Below are positions 1 to 16,210 of a stretch of 64,000 nucleotides of DNA, one piece after another. The position numbers and the translations under genes are program-made. Source of the stretch: Macrostomum lignano. Lineage: Eukaryota. The stretch is taken from NCBI GenBank assembly GCA_002269645.1, contig NIVC01002849.1, forward strand, positions 71,635-135,634, given 5' to 3'. A model generated the notes under the pieces. That model did not search any database, was not told where the DNA came from, and saw only the letters and a program-made list of their open reading frames with translations. Position 1 is the first letter of the stretch, and the number at the start of each line of letters is the position of its first letter.

Positions 1-4737
<4,737 letters not shown>

Positions 4738-4746
4738 AAAGCACAC

Positions 4747-5333
4747 CCGTTGCAAGCGCACGCGGACGCAACAAGTAGGGCGGCCACGTCGTCCTCCCGC
4801 TGGGCCGGCCAGGTCAGGCCGTCCACATCGAGCCGGACGGCTGCCTCGAACCAAGGCGCCGCAGCCGTCCGGACAGCGCGGCCGGGTCCCCGGTAGAAGG
4901 CAACGGTGAAGGCGGCCAAGGCTCGGCTCCGCTCGGTTAGCGGCGAGCCAATCAGGGGCAGGCGGTCCCACCTGGCCAGCTGGGCGCCCTGACGGTGGCA
5001 GGGCTCGAAGTGGCCGAGGTCGGATTTGTAGAAATACTGGCCCGGCTGGCTGTCGGGCTGGCGCAGAGTGAAGAACAGAGGCTGGCCGCGCAGCGAGGCG
5101 AACTGCGGCCCGGCCTCGGCGATCTGCAGCAGCAGGCAGTCCAGATGGCGAACTCGCAGCGAAGCAACGAATTCGCGCAGCGCGGCCTCCTCGGCGGCCG
5201 AGTCGGAGTCGTTTGCTGCCACATTTGCCGTGGCTTTGCCGTTGCTGGCGGCCGGTAACTCAGCGCTACTAACAGTAGCAAGGGTGGGGTAGGTAATGAT
5301 CGGACCGGCTTGCGACTGTCTCTTTGGGCCCAT
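4747..5333 (-). CDS. First coding exon of an unidentified protein ([17 protein letters not shown]...[13 protein letters not shown]...[10 protein letters not shown])
   Basis: ATG at 5333 in a GCCATGG context. High-GC3 open frame of ~195 codons, absent from the ORF track because it has no stop before the (CTGT)n array. Possible donor GG|GTGTGC at 4747/4746. Start and end are both uncertain. Confidence 0.6.
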
Positions 5334-5588
5334 GGCGAGTCAGCAGCGCCATGGAGTTCGGGTTGGTGCAGCCGCCCGTTTTATGTGCTACCGCTTGGCT
5401 TCCGGTGCCGGCTTACCTCAGCTGGGGAATGCAGCGTTTTTACTTGATCAGCTTAATGAGTAGTGCGCCTTCCTTCGCATTTCCAAACTTACTGATCAAC
5501 AAGCATCGCATTCTCCAAACAGTAAAATTCTCAATTACCCACAATCCCTAAACTATAAACTAAAAATCTGCCTGTTCCCTAAACTGCA

Positions 5589-5950
5589 TGTGACTCAAAT
5601 TGCACATGACTCAAATTGCACATGACTCAAACTGCACATGACTCAAATTGCACATGACTCAAATTGCACATGACTCAAATTGCACGTGACTCAAATTGCA
5701 CATGACTCAAATTGCACATGACTCAAATTGCACGTGACTCAAACTGCACGTGACTCAAATTGCACATGACTCAAACTGCAAATGACTCAAATTGCACATG
5801 ACTCAAATTGCAAATGACTCAAATCGCACATGACTCAAATTGCACATGACTCAAACTACACATGACTCAAACTGCGAATGACTCAAACTGCACATGACTC
5901 AAACTGCACATGAAACAAAACTGCACATGACTCAAACTGCGAATGACTCA
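5589..5950. repeat. 16-bp minisatellite (CATGACTCAAATTGCA)n, ~22 copies
   Basis: Direct tandem units visible at 5589-5950. Confidence 0.95.
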
Positions 5951-6675
5951 AATGGCTACTGCACATAACTGAAATAACTACTGCACATTCATCAAAAAGC
6001 ATATTGCCTGAATAAAATGCTTTTTCTTCTTTTGTTCTCAAAAAGTAATAAAAGAATCTAAAAAGCACATTTTTTAAGGAATCAAAGCAACATTTTTATT
6101 GCAATACTGTATAACGTTGAAAATGAAATGACTCACAATGGTTGGATTATGATCAAATTGGCATGAAAATTTTAGAGCATAACGGTTTACAATTCACATG
6201 ATATATGTGTATAACTTCATTTAGAGGAATTTAACAATATATTGTAGTGAGACAGGCGGTAGAAGAAACTACTATAAGTAGCCAATGACGCGAAACAGAT
6301 AACACAGTGACTAATTAAATCATCAATTTCAGTTTTAGAGTGGATTTAACTTCCAGTGGAACATGTATTCAAGTTCAATTGTATTTGGCACAAAGCCAAA
6401 AAATATAATTATCATAATTGATAATTAATTTAATTAATCACACGAGGCTCTAACAAAACTAGGGTCACATTTGAGCGTCCAGAATTTAAATTAACAGGGC
6501 CTGACAACTTAAGCTCATAAAGTGGAGTTCCTAATCATCCCCTTGGTTGTTTTTTTGGCTTTTTTTGCCAAACCCAGCTTCCTGGTGTCACTGTGAACAG
6601 AATGACGCATCATTCGTGTGCAGAGGTTACTCGGGTTACTAGGTTACTACGTACTACTATGTGTACATAGTAGTT

Positions 6676-6853
6676 CAGAGGTTGGCAAACTCCGGCCCGC
6701 AAAGCCTCTCTATCCGGCCCTCGGGTCCTTTGAAACTTCACAATAGCAATCCGGGCTGCTCAAGGTCTGTGTCTCTTCTCAGCTCTCTTCTCTCTAATCT
6801 CCCCTCTCTTCTCATATCTCACTTCCCTCTCCTCTCTCCCCTCCTCTGACCTG
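6676..6853 (+). mobile_element. Short copy of hAT-like non-autonomous element with CT-rich interior
   Basis: 5' end CAGAGGTTGGCAAACTCCGGCCCGC and internal TGTGTCTCTTCTCAGCTCTC are shared with the copy at 40989. Confidence 0.6.
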
Positions 6854-7062
6854 AAGCATTACCAATTGGTTGAGACAGGGCATCATTACCAATCAGAACT
6901 GTGCAAAACAAACTTAGAAGGATTTCATAAAAGTGACAGAATTTTTTTCTCAATTTCTGAGCTGTATAAAATCACTAATGTAACAAGTGAGCGCTGGTTC
7001 ATTGAGATGAGGAACTTTGCTTTTGTGAGAAAAAATTAAAAAAACACACAGAATCGGAGCAA

Positions 7063-7524
7063 CTATTTGCCAGTAATCTGGCTAATGGGATCTCGCAGCG
7101 AGTCAGCCAGTTTAGCAGCTTTCAACCGGAGCATGCCCAGCGGCACGGTGGCATTGGCGTAGAGGCACAGCAGGATGCTGCTCACGTAGGCTATGTACAG
7201 GCTGCCATTGGTACATACAACAGTCATGTCCTGCAGGCCGGCTGGGGCTTGAGAGCTGGCAGCCCCGGCCCCTACACCGCTGCTGGGGCCTCCGACACTG
7301 GAGCTGCTGTTGCCGCCGCCGCCGCCATTCACTGAGCAGCGCTCCATGGTGTCCCACAGGTTGGCGGCGATGGCGGCCAGCACGCGGGCATCGGTGTCGG
7401 CAGTGTAGCCGGAGCAAGCTAGCAGGGCTCCGTCCAGAGATAGGAGCAGCGACGATTGAACTCCGTCTGTGTTTGTCTGGCTGAGCAGCTGCGCTACTGA
7501 GCGCGGCTTTAATGTTATTCCAGT
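7063..7524 (-). CDS. LAMTOR2: Ragulator subunit LAMTOR2 (p14/roadblock); start codon must come from an upstream exon or spliced leader
   Basis: Frame reads TLKPRSVAQLLSQTNTDGVQSSLLLSLDGALLACSGYTADTDARVLAAIAANLW...LLCLYANATVPLGMLRLKAAKLADSLRDPISQITGK*. This is collinear with LAMTOR2 as recalled ([25 protein letters not shown]...DTDARVTAAIASNIW...LLCMYAKETVGFGMLKAKA). There is no in-frame ATG back to the TAG at ~7612. Phase-0 AG acceptors lie at 7524, 7545 and 7611. Confidence 0.92.
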   Translation of the reverse strand, partial: TGITLKPRSVAQLLSQTNTDGVQSSLLLSLDGALLACSGYTADTDARVLAAIAANLWDTMERCSVNGGGGGNSSSSVGGPSSGVGAGAASSQAPAGLQDMTVVCTNGSLYIAYVSSILLCLYANATVPLGMLRLKAAKLADSLRDPISQITGK

Positions 7525-7779
7525 CTGCGGATTGGCGGCGGCGGGCTTGCATTGTCCTACTTGACTACTGGCCAGTAATAGATGGCAGGCATTAATAGGT
7601 ATAATTATGATCTAATTGAGAATAAGGGAATAACTTGAGAGTATCTTAAGTATCCAAGATAGGATTCTGGTTGTTGGGAATAGACTACAGTTACAGACAT
7701 ACACAATTATGCATGACAGGAGAGGTCAAGAGATCTTGATCAAAATATAACTGGGACCTCGCCAAGGACAATAAAAGAT

Positions 7780-8670
7780 GCAGAAAACTCCATTACAGAT
7801 GAATGGAAGGTGCAGACTCCTTTATTACAGATGAATGGAAGGTGCAGATACCTTCATTACAGATGAATGGAAGATGCAGATACCTTTATTACGGATGACT
7901 GGAAGATTCAGATACCTTTATTACAGATGACTGGAAGATTCAGATACCTTCATTACAGATGAATGGAAGATGCAGATACCTTCACTACAGGTGACTGGAA
8001 GATTCAGATACCTTCATTACAGATGACTGGAAGATTCAGATACCTTTATTACAGATGGCTGGAAGATGCAGATACCTTCATTACAGATGACTGGAAGATG
8101 CAGATACCTTCATTACAGATGACTGGAAGATTCAGATACCTTCATTACAGATGACTGGAAGATTCAGATACCTTCATTACAGATGACTGGAAGATTCAGA
8201 TACCTTCATTACAGATGACTGGAAGATTCAGATACCTTCATTACAGATGACTGGAAGATTCAGATACCTTCATTACAGATGACTGGAAGATTCAGATACC
8301 TTTATTACAGATGGCTGGAAGATGCAGATACCATCATTACAGATGACTGGAAGATTCAGATACCTTTATTACAGATGGCTGGAAGATGCAGATACCTTTA
8401 TTACAGATGGCTGGAAGATGCAGATACCTTCATTACAGATGAATGGAAGGTGCAGATACCTTTATTACAGATGCCTAAAAAGTGCAGATATCTTTATTAA
8501 AGGTGACTAAAAAGTGCAGATATCTTTATTACAGATGCCTAAAAAGTGCAGATATCTTTATTACAGGTGACTAAAAAGTGCAGATATCTTTATTACAGGT
8601 GACTGAAGTGCAGATACCTCCATTACAGGTGAGTTTAAGGTGCAGATACCTTTATTACCTATGACTGGAA
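7780..8670. repeat. 32-bp minisatellite (CAGATACCTTCATTACAGATGACTGGAAGATT)n, ~27 copies
   Basis: Tandem units (e.g. 8101 and 8133) with degenerate ends. Confidence 0.95.
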
Positions 8671-9171
8671 GGTGAAAAGAATTTTTTTAACTCAAACCCA
8701 TCAGCGAATGCTATAAAAAGACGCGAAGCAAAGTACTATTGAATTATTTACTTACACAAGGTTTCAGCTGACAAGAACTGCAGGTGAGAAAAACACGCTT
8801 GAATAGCAAAAACTGACGCACAAGTTAATATAGGCGGAACATTAGAATGGGAAATTAAAAAGTAAATATCAGCTCACGAATGAAACAGGTGAGTTGAGCC
8901 AGAGTGAAATGCAGCATTAATAAATACATGCATCTTAGAGCAATATAAACTTTAGCACCTCAACAAAGTAAAAATTGGCTTATCAAATCAATAATTATAG
9001 CACACGGAAAGATAAACAAAAATTCGGAGACCATTTGTTTATTTTATTTACACGCAAATAAAATGCTTCTAGTTAAAAGCTGACTAACTAGCAAATAGTA
9101 CAGGACACAGGTTGTGGCAATAATATTTTTACAGCAGCTAATAAAAGTCAATTGCAGGTGTGCAGCAGTCG

Positions 9172-9765
9172 TCAGACACTGCCTCGCCTATCCCTGCCCA
9201 GAGACTCCAGCTGAGTGGACAAGCTGGACAGATCCTCAGCTATGGACTGCAGGCCGCAGATGAGGCTGCTAGCTCGCTCGTTGTACACCTGCAGGGTGTC
9301 AGTCAGCTGGGACAGCTTCAGCCTGGCGGGCGACGGGATCTGCTCGCCGTCGGCGAATAAATTAATGTTGAGGTTCACCTGCTGCTGGTGATGCTGAAGA
9401 GGATGAGGCTGAGCAGCTGTCTGCTGCTGCTGCGTTGGCTCTTTATCGACAGTCTTTGTAGATTTGTCTCGAATCGGCTGCTTCTGTCTCTGCTGCTGCT
9501 GAAATCTGTGGCGCTGCTTCGGCACCGCGGAGGCGGTCGCCGCCGCAGGCCGGACTCGCGCGGCGGTGACAGCGGCTGCGTTGGTGGCAGTTTCGGTTGT
9601 TGCAGACGCCTGGCTAACTGTGGCGGTGACAGCGGCTCGAGTCCGATTGGCCACCACGGAGGCTGGCACGGGCAGGCGGGACTGGCGCCAGTAACGACTG
9701 GCAGCGACAGCGGCCTGCTGCGATGGCTGAGCAGCGGTCCGGCTGCTGGCTGCTTTGGTGGACAT
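9172..9765 (-). CDS. Single-exon hypothetical protein, 197 aa, Ala/Thr/Gln-rich with C-terminal predicted coiled coil
   Basis: Complete ORF with GC-rich codons. Acceptor-like CTCTCCAG 10 nt upstream of the ATG. Two AATAAA signals downstream (9038-9048). C-terminal heptad-like LSQLTDTLQVYNERASSLICGLQSIAEDLSSLSTQLESL. Confidence 0.7.
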   Translation of the reverse strand: MSTKAASSRTAAQPSQQAAVAASRYWRQSRLPVPASVVANRTRAAVTATVSQASATTETATNAAAVTAARVRPAAATASAVPKQRHRFQQQQRQKQPIRDKSTKTVDKEPTQQQQTAAQPHPLQHHQQQVNLNINLFADGEQIPSPARLKLSQLTDTLQVYNERASSLICGLQSIAEDLSSLSTQLESLGRDRRGSV

Positions 9766-10069
9766 TGCGGATCAGCTGGAGAGCGAACAGTTATTTACCT
9801 ATGACATATGAATTTACGCTCGTAAGCACTTGTCAACATGCCATCAACTGTGACAATATAGTGGATAGCAGCATCAAAAATGTCAAATAGGAATTTTGCA
9901 TCACTAATATATTTCGGTATAGAAAGGTATAAATGTAACCTGTTTTTTGCAGACATGCATGCACATATGTATTTAATCTTATTCTATAAACTCCAAGCGA
10001 GCTATATATAAGTTGGTGATGCCAGCTATATCCGATTGAGAGTTGCCCAGTTGCAGAGCTGCTCAATCA

Positions 10070-10510
10070 AGTTTCACTACTAGCAGAGCCATCCAATCAG
10101 GTGCCACCATTAGCAGAGCCATCCAATCAGGTGACACCATTAGCAGAGCCATCCAATCAGGTGCCACCATTAGCAGAGCCATCCAATCAGGTGCCACCAC
10201 TAGCAGAGCCATCCAATCAGGTGCCACCATTAGCAGAGCCATCCAATCAGGTGCCACCATTAGCAGAGCCATCCAATCAGGTGCCACCATTAGCAGAGCC
10301 ATCCAATCAGGTGCCACCACTAGCAGAGCCATCCAATCAGGTGCCACCATTAGCAGAGCCATCCAATCAGGTGCCACCATTAGCAGAGCCATCCAATCAG
10401 GTGCCACCATTAGCAGAGCCATCCAATCAGGTGCCACCATTAGCAGAGCCATCCAATCAGGTGCCACCACTAGCAGAGCCACCTAATCAAGTACCACAAC
10501 TGGTAGAGCC
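10070..10510. repeat. 30-bp minisatellite (TAGCAGAGCCATCCAATCAGGTGCCACCAT)n, ~14 copies
   Basis: Tandem units visible. The overlapping repeat ORFs lack a credible start. Confidence 0.95.
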
Positions 10511-12303
10511 ACCAAAAGGTAACTCGTCACTACTGATACTCAGCTAAGTGCATAAGGGCAGTTGCTACAATTCTAGCAACTATATATTTCTAGATCTGTG
10601 GCAGGAACACCACTTGGGTCTGCACTTAAATGAAAGCTTATTAGAGAAGTGTAGTAGCCTAAATACACCCAAATTTTGTGATATTGATACATGTATAACG
10701 ATAGTGAATAGATTTCATTTTACTTTAACTTCTTATTACAAATGACTAAAAGTTTTAATTTATTTTGATTGCTAAGTTTGTTAATTTTAATTGTTTGTTT
10801 TATTTAGTCAACAATTTTTTAATTTATTACTTACTTGCATTAAACTTACTATGACATAATAAACTCAACCAAAATGAATCTATCATAGTAAATTATTTGT
10901 CAAAATGGCCAGCTTTAGATGAAATAGTCATAGCAAAAGTCTTTTCTGCCATTATTGACTTTTACCAAAAATTTCTTTGCCAAAGTAGGTTGAATCCTTG
11001 TAATAAACCCAACTAAGCCTATCTATCAATTATGAATAAATGGCAATCTTTTGGATAATAATCATTGCTTAACTTACCAGCTTTGATTGACAATCACCAT
11101 TGAAATTTGTTTCTATTCTTTGTTCAAATTGTCCTGCAACTGAGTCAATTCCAAGTTGGGTACTTACTAACATACATGCGCAACTGCTGGCCAACCTGGC
11201 CGATCTGGCCACCGTAAATTGTGGTGGACCAGGGGTAAGTCGCAAAAATGCCCAGCCTAAAGAATACAGACGTAGTACTAATTAGATGACGGGGAATTTA
11301 GCCCTTATAAGACAGTCATAGTTACTCCTGCCGTTTACCCAAAATTGCGTTAGGGTTTCTTTCACAGGTAAGTCGCATTTTTGGTCAAAAAGTAAGTCGC
11401 ATGGCCAGTGTAAATCAGGGGGGTTGCGCATGTATGGTACTTACTAAATATCCCACAAAAGTAAATGCTATACTTTTGGTTAATTATCACTTGTATATAC
11501 CAGTAACATTGAAATGATTGTCTTTTAAAATTGAAGGGGGTGCACACTGTGCTCTGTTTGTAATCCATAGTTCTCTTTGTTTTATGCATTAAAATTGAAG
11601 CCAAAGCCTTTATGCAATGGGACCATTTTATTTCAGACATGTGCAAGCTAATGTTAGGAAGGTGTCCAGTGTATGCCATAATTTTTTAGGCAAAATTTTA
11701 GGTAAATGCCAAGTACCCCAAAAATTGTTAATGTGACTTTGTTATATACACCAAAATTTAACAATTATACAACCTCACCTTTGTGCTACAACAATAAAGA
11801 ACCTTTTAATGTTGCAACCATCAAGAAATTTTTTCCATTGTTACATTTGATATTTATGTGTACATTAAGAAAATAAGTGTCATGTCTATTTCTCCTTTAC
11901 AACAACTTGCAATTACACAAAGTTCCAGTACCTAAATTCTTTAAAATAGCACTATCACATTTAATTAATAGTTTTATTTTTTGTTTGCACTCTTGTCACC
12001 TCTTAGCTGCTACCTTTTTCTTCAAAATTTATGAGATAATTATTCTAACTTTTGTTATAAAAACTAAAAGATATTTGAACCTATTTTCAAACAGTTTCTA
12101 TATCACTTTTTGTATACCAAATACAACTTTTTAAGATCCAAATATGCCAATTAACTATGAAGGGCAAATGCATGCCAGAAAATTCTTTTAACCATAAACC
12201 TTTTAACCATAGTGTGCAAGTACTTTAAGGCTTAAAGTAAGTCTATTTTCTTAAAGAAATGAAGTTTGTACTTTGGAATACAATCATTTTAATGCAATTT
12301 TCA

Positions 12304-12900
12304 TCTCTACATATAAAAATCAAAACTCTGTCTGTCTGTCTGTCTGTCTGTGTGTGGACAATTTTGATCGCTATGGACTCCGAAACCGCTCAACCAAATG
12401 ACACCAAACTTTACACCCACCCTAAACTTACTACGGAGAATGTCTTAGGCTACCTTTTAATTTCCTAGACTCAAGTCTTCCTACCTAAAAGTAAAAAAAA
12501 CTGCTCAAAATGCGCGATTTTTTCACTAAATTCTCCATAGCGCCGCTCCACTTCTACCGATTCTCTTCAAATTTGACACAGGCAATTTTCAACTATTTTG
12601 ACACAATCGTGTAAAATTTCAAATCTCAAAGTTAATCCTGAAAGCCGCTGTGCACTTTTAAAGTTAGGCTGTTTTTTCAGCGTAGCAACCACCCCAACCT
12701 CCGCCCGCCTGCCTCTCTTTTCCGATCTGGGCCCAGATGTGTAAAAGGGTTTCAAAATTGACTAACTTTCAGCTGCCATAAGTTTGCTCCACGTAAAGCG
12801 ATTGACTTCAAACTTGACACAATTCTTCATTGACCCATTCTCTGTCTAAATGTAAAGTTTCAACTCTGTAACTCAACCGAAAAAGAAACTGTAAGCATGT
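12304..12900 (+). mobile_element. Possible non-autonomous Helitron/HINE-type element (5' part)
   Basis: A|TCTCTACATATAAAAAT start, then a (CTGT)n tract, then GCTATGGACTCCGAAACCGCTCAACCAAATGACACCAAACTT, which is the layout typical of Helitron/DINE-1-like elements. No clear 3' hairpin/CTAG end seen. Confidence 0.45.
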
Positions 12901-13467
12901 GAAGTTTGTCTGCTTTTTCTGTTGTTTGTGCCACTCACTCACTCATTCCCCAGAGCCAGACGAAGGGTCAGGCGATAGGACTGAATGTACATAGCAAATG
13001 TACAGTGTTTTGGAATAACTTTATTTATAGCCTTCTCGCAATCTCGCACCCCGAGAGTGGAGAGGCTACGTTTAGCCATAACAGTTTAGTGAGAATTCTA
13101 ACCACTGCCCTCCCCTCTGTATTGGCAAACTCTGCAGCAGTTTAACAGTGGATGGCAATTGGCAAATCGAGGCAATCCAGCATGGTTTGTAAAAGCGAAA
13201 TATTTATGAAAAGGTGATGCGATGCAATGAAATACAACCCTACTAAATTAGGCACACCATGGAAATTATTAGTTTCTCTTAAAAGTACTTTGAAATTTAA
13301 ATGGCCTAAGAAATGCGTATTTCCTTGGTTGTTAGACTGATGCAGACTGCAGTGGAGCTGAAGATACACAAATTCCTTTCAGGGCTGCAAATTGGCAAGA
13401 AAGATGACGTGATCAAAGCATGAGAATAACGATGAGAGTAGTACGTCCCACAAACTGGCTTTCGAAG

Positions 13468-14992
<1,525 letters not shown>

Positions 14993-15438
14993 TTTTAGAG
15001 TCAAACAGACATTGCCTGACATTCTTCGGAGTACCCCAGCCAACAATATCAATGTTTGCCTCAAACCCTAATTTTACACGAATGTGCTTCATTTTATGTC
15101 TACCTCTATCCTACTAACATTAATTTGTTTGTGTATGGCCTTAGATTTCAGAATACATGCAAAAGTAGTTCCGGGGATTGGAATTCCCCGGGTTCAAAAT
15201 CCGCGGGTTTCAACAGCTTGTGTTTATATAATTGTCTTCCAAAACTAATCTAGTATACAAGGTGCTCCTTTATAAAAAAAGGTTCAAAGTGCTACAGAAT
15301 ATTGTTTTGTGAATGTTTGAAAGCTAAATTCATAGATACTTTAGTTTTAGAACCTAGCATTTTAGGGCAATTTTTAGATTTGAATAGTTGTCATACAAAA
15401 TTGATATAATTTATAAAATGCTAATTTATAAAAATTTA

Positions 15439-15689
15439 AAGGTTGGACAAGATCTCAATCAAGATATTGGCATTTTTTTAAATCTTAATCTTAGTCTTGG
15501 TTTTAAGATTCCAAAAGGAGTCATATATTTAACAAATAACAATAATTAGCATTGATAGATAGAATAGTATAAATAGGCCTACTATATGCTAATTAGGCTT
15601 AATCTTGAATCTTCAAGATTGAATCTTAATTATCTCACAAATATAGATCGTGAGTCTCAAAAAACTTGAAAATATATCGTCTGACCCCT
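15439..15689 (+). mobile_element. AT-rich MITE, same family as 62828-63172 (opposite orientation)
   Basis: Ends AAGGTTGGACAA / TCGTCTGACCCCT. Internal AAGATCTCAATC..AAGAT(A/C)TTGGCA..TTTT..AAATCT matches the reverse complement of 63100-63170. Confidence 0.6.
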
Positions 15690-16210
15690 AATAAAAGTGC
15701 TGAAATCATTTTTTCTATGAATGCTTCAAAAGTTGAAATTTTCAATTCTCGAAACAGTTTGTTAAGTCATTTTAAGAACTTGTACTCTATATTTATTTAA
15801 AACAATTTTTTAGGTGATCATTATCAGAAAATTGCCAAAAATAGCTATAAAAATAAAAATAGATAAAATATGTGATTATGAACTAGTTTGATTCTTTAGT
15901 AATTGAATTTTTAAATGAATGATAGCCATATTGATCAATTAATACTAGATTTATACCTAAATAAAAATTCTTTAAATAGGCCTAAATTATAGAATTTATT
16001 TAAGGCTAAGTACAAAAGGTAGCTAATTAAAGAAAGCAAGTCAATTTGCCAAAAGTTTATTTGCCAAAAATTATAATAATTAAAGAACAAATGAATAAAA
16101 TATACAAATAAAGAGATGAAATAATAAATATTAAATTTAAAACATTATTACCTCATCTATAAACAAATAAATAAAGTAAATTGTAGAATTTTAAATGTTA
16201 AAGTGTAAAT

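Noticed and set aside
10043-10547. (PPLAEPSNQV)n repeat protein
   Set aside because: The frame is closed by TGA at 10017 with no ATG. The 30-bp unit is open in several frames simply because it is a multiple of 3.
11330-11710. Possible MITE with TTTACCCAAAATT inverted ends
   Set aside because: The match is short and AT-rich, with no TSD or second copy.
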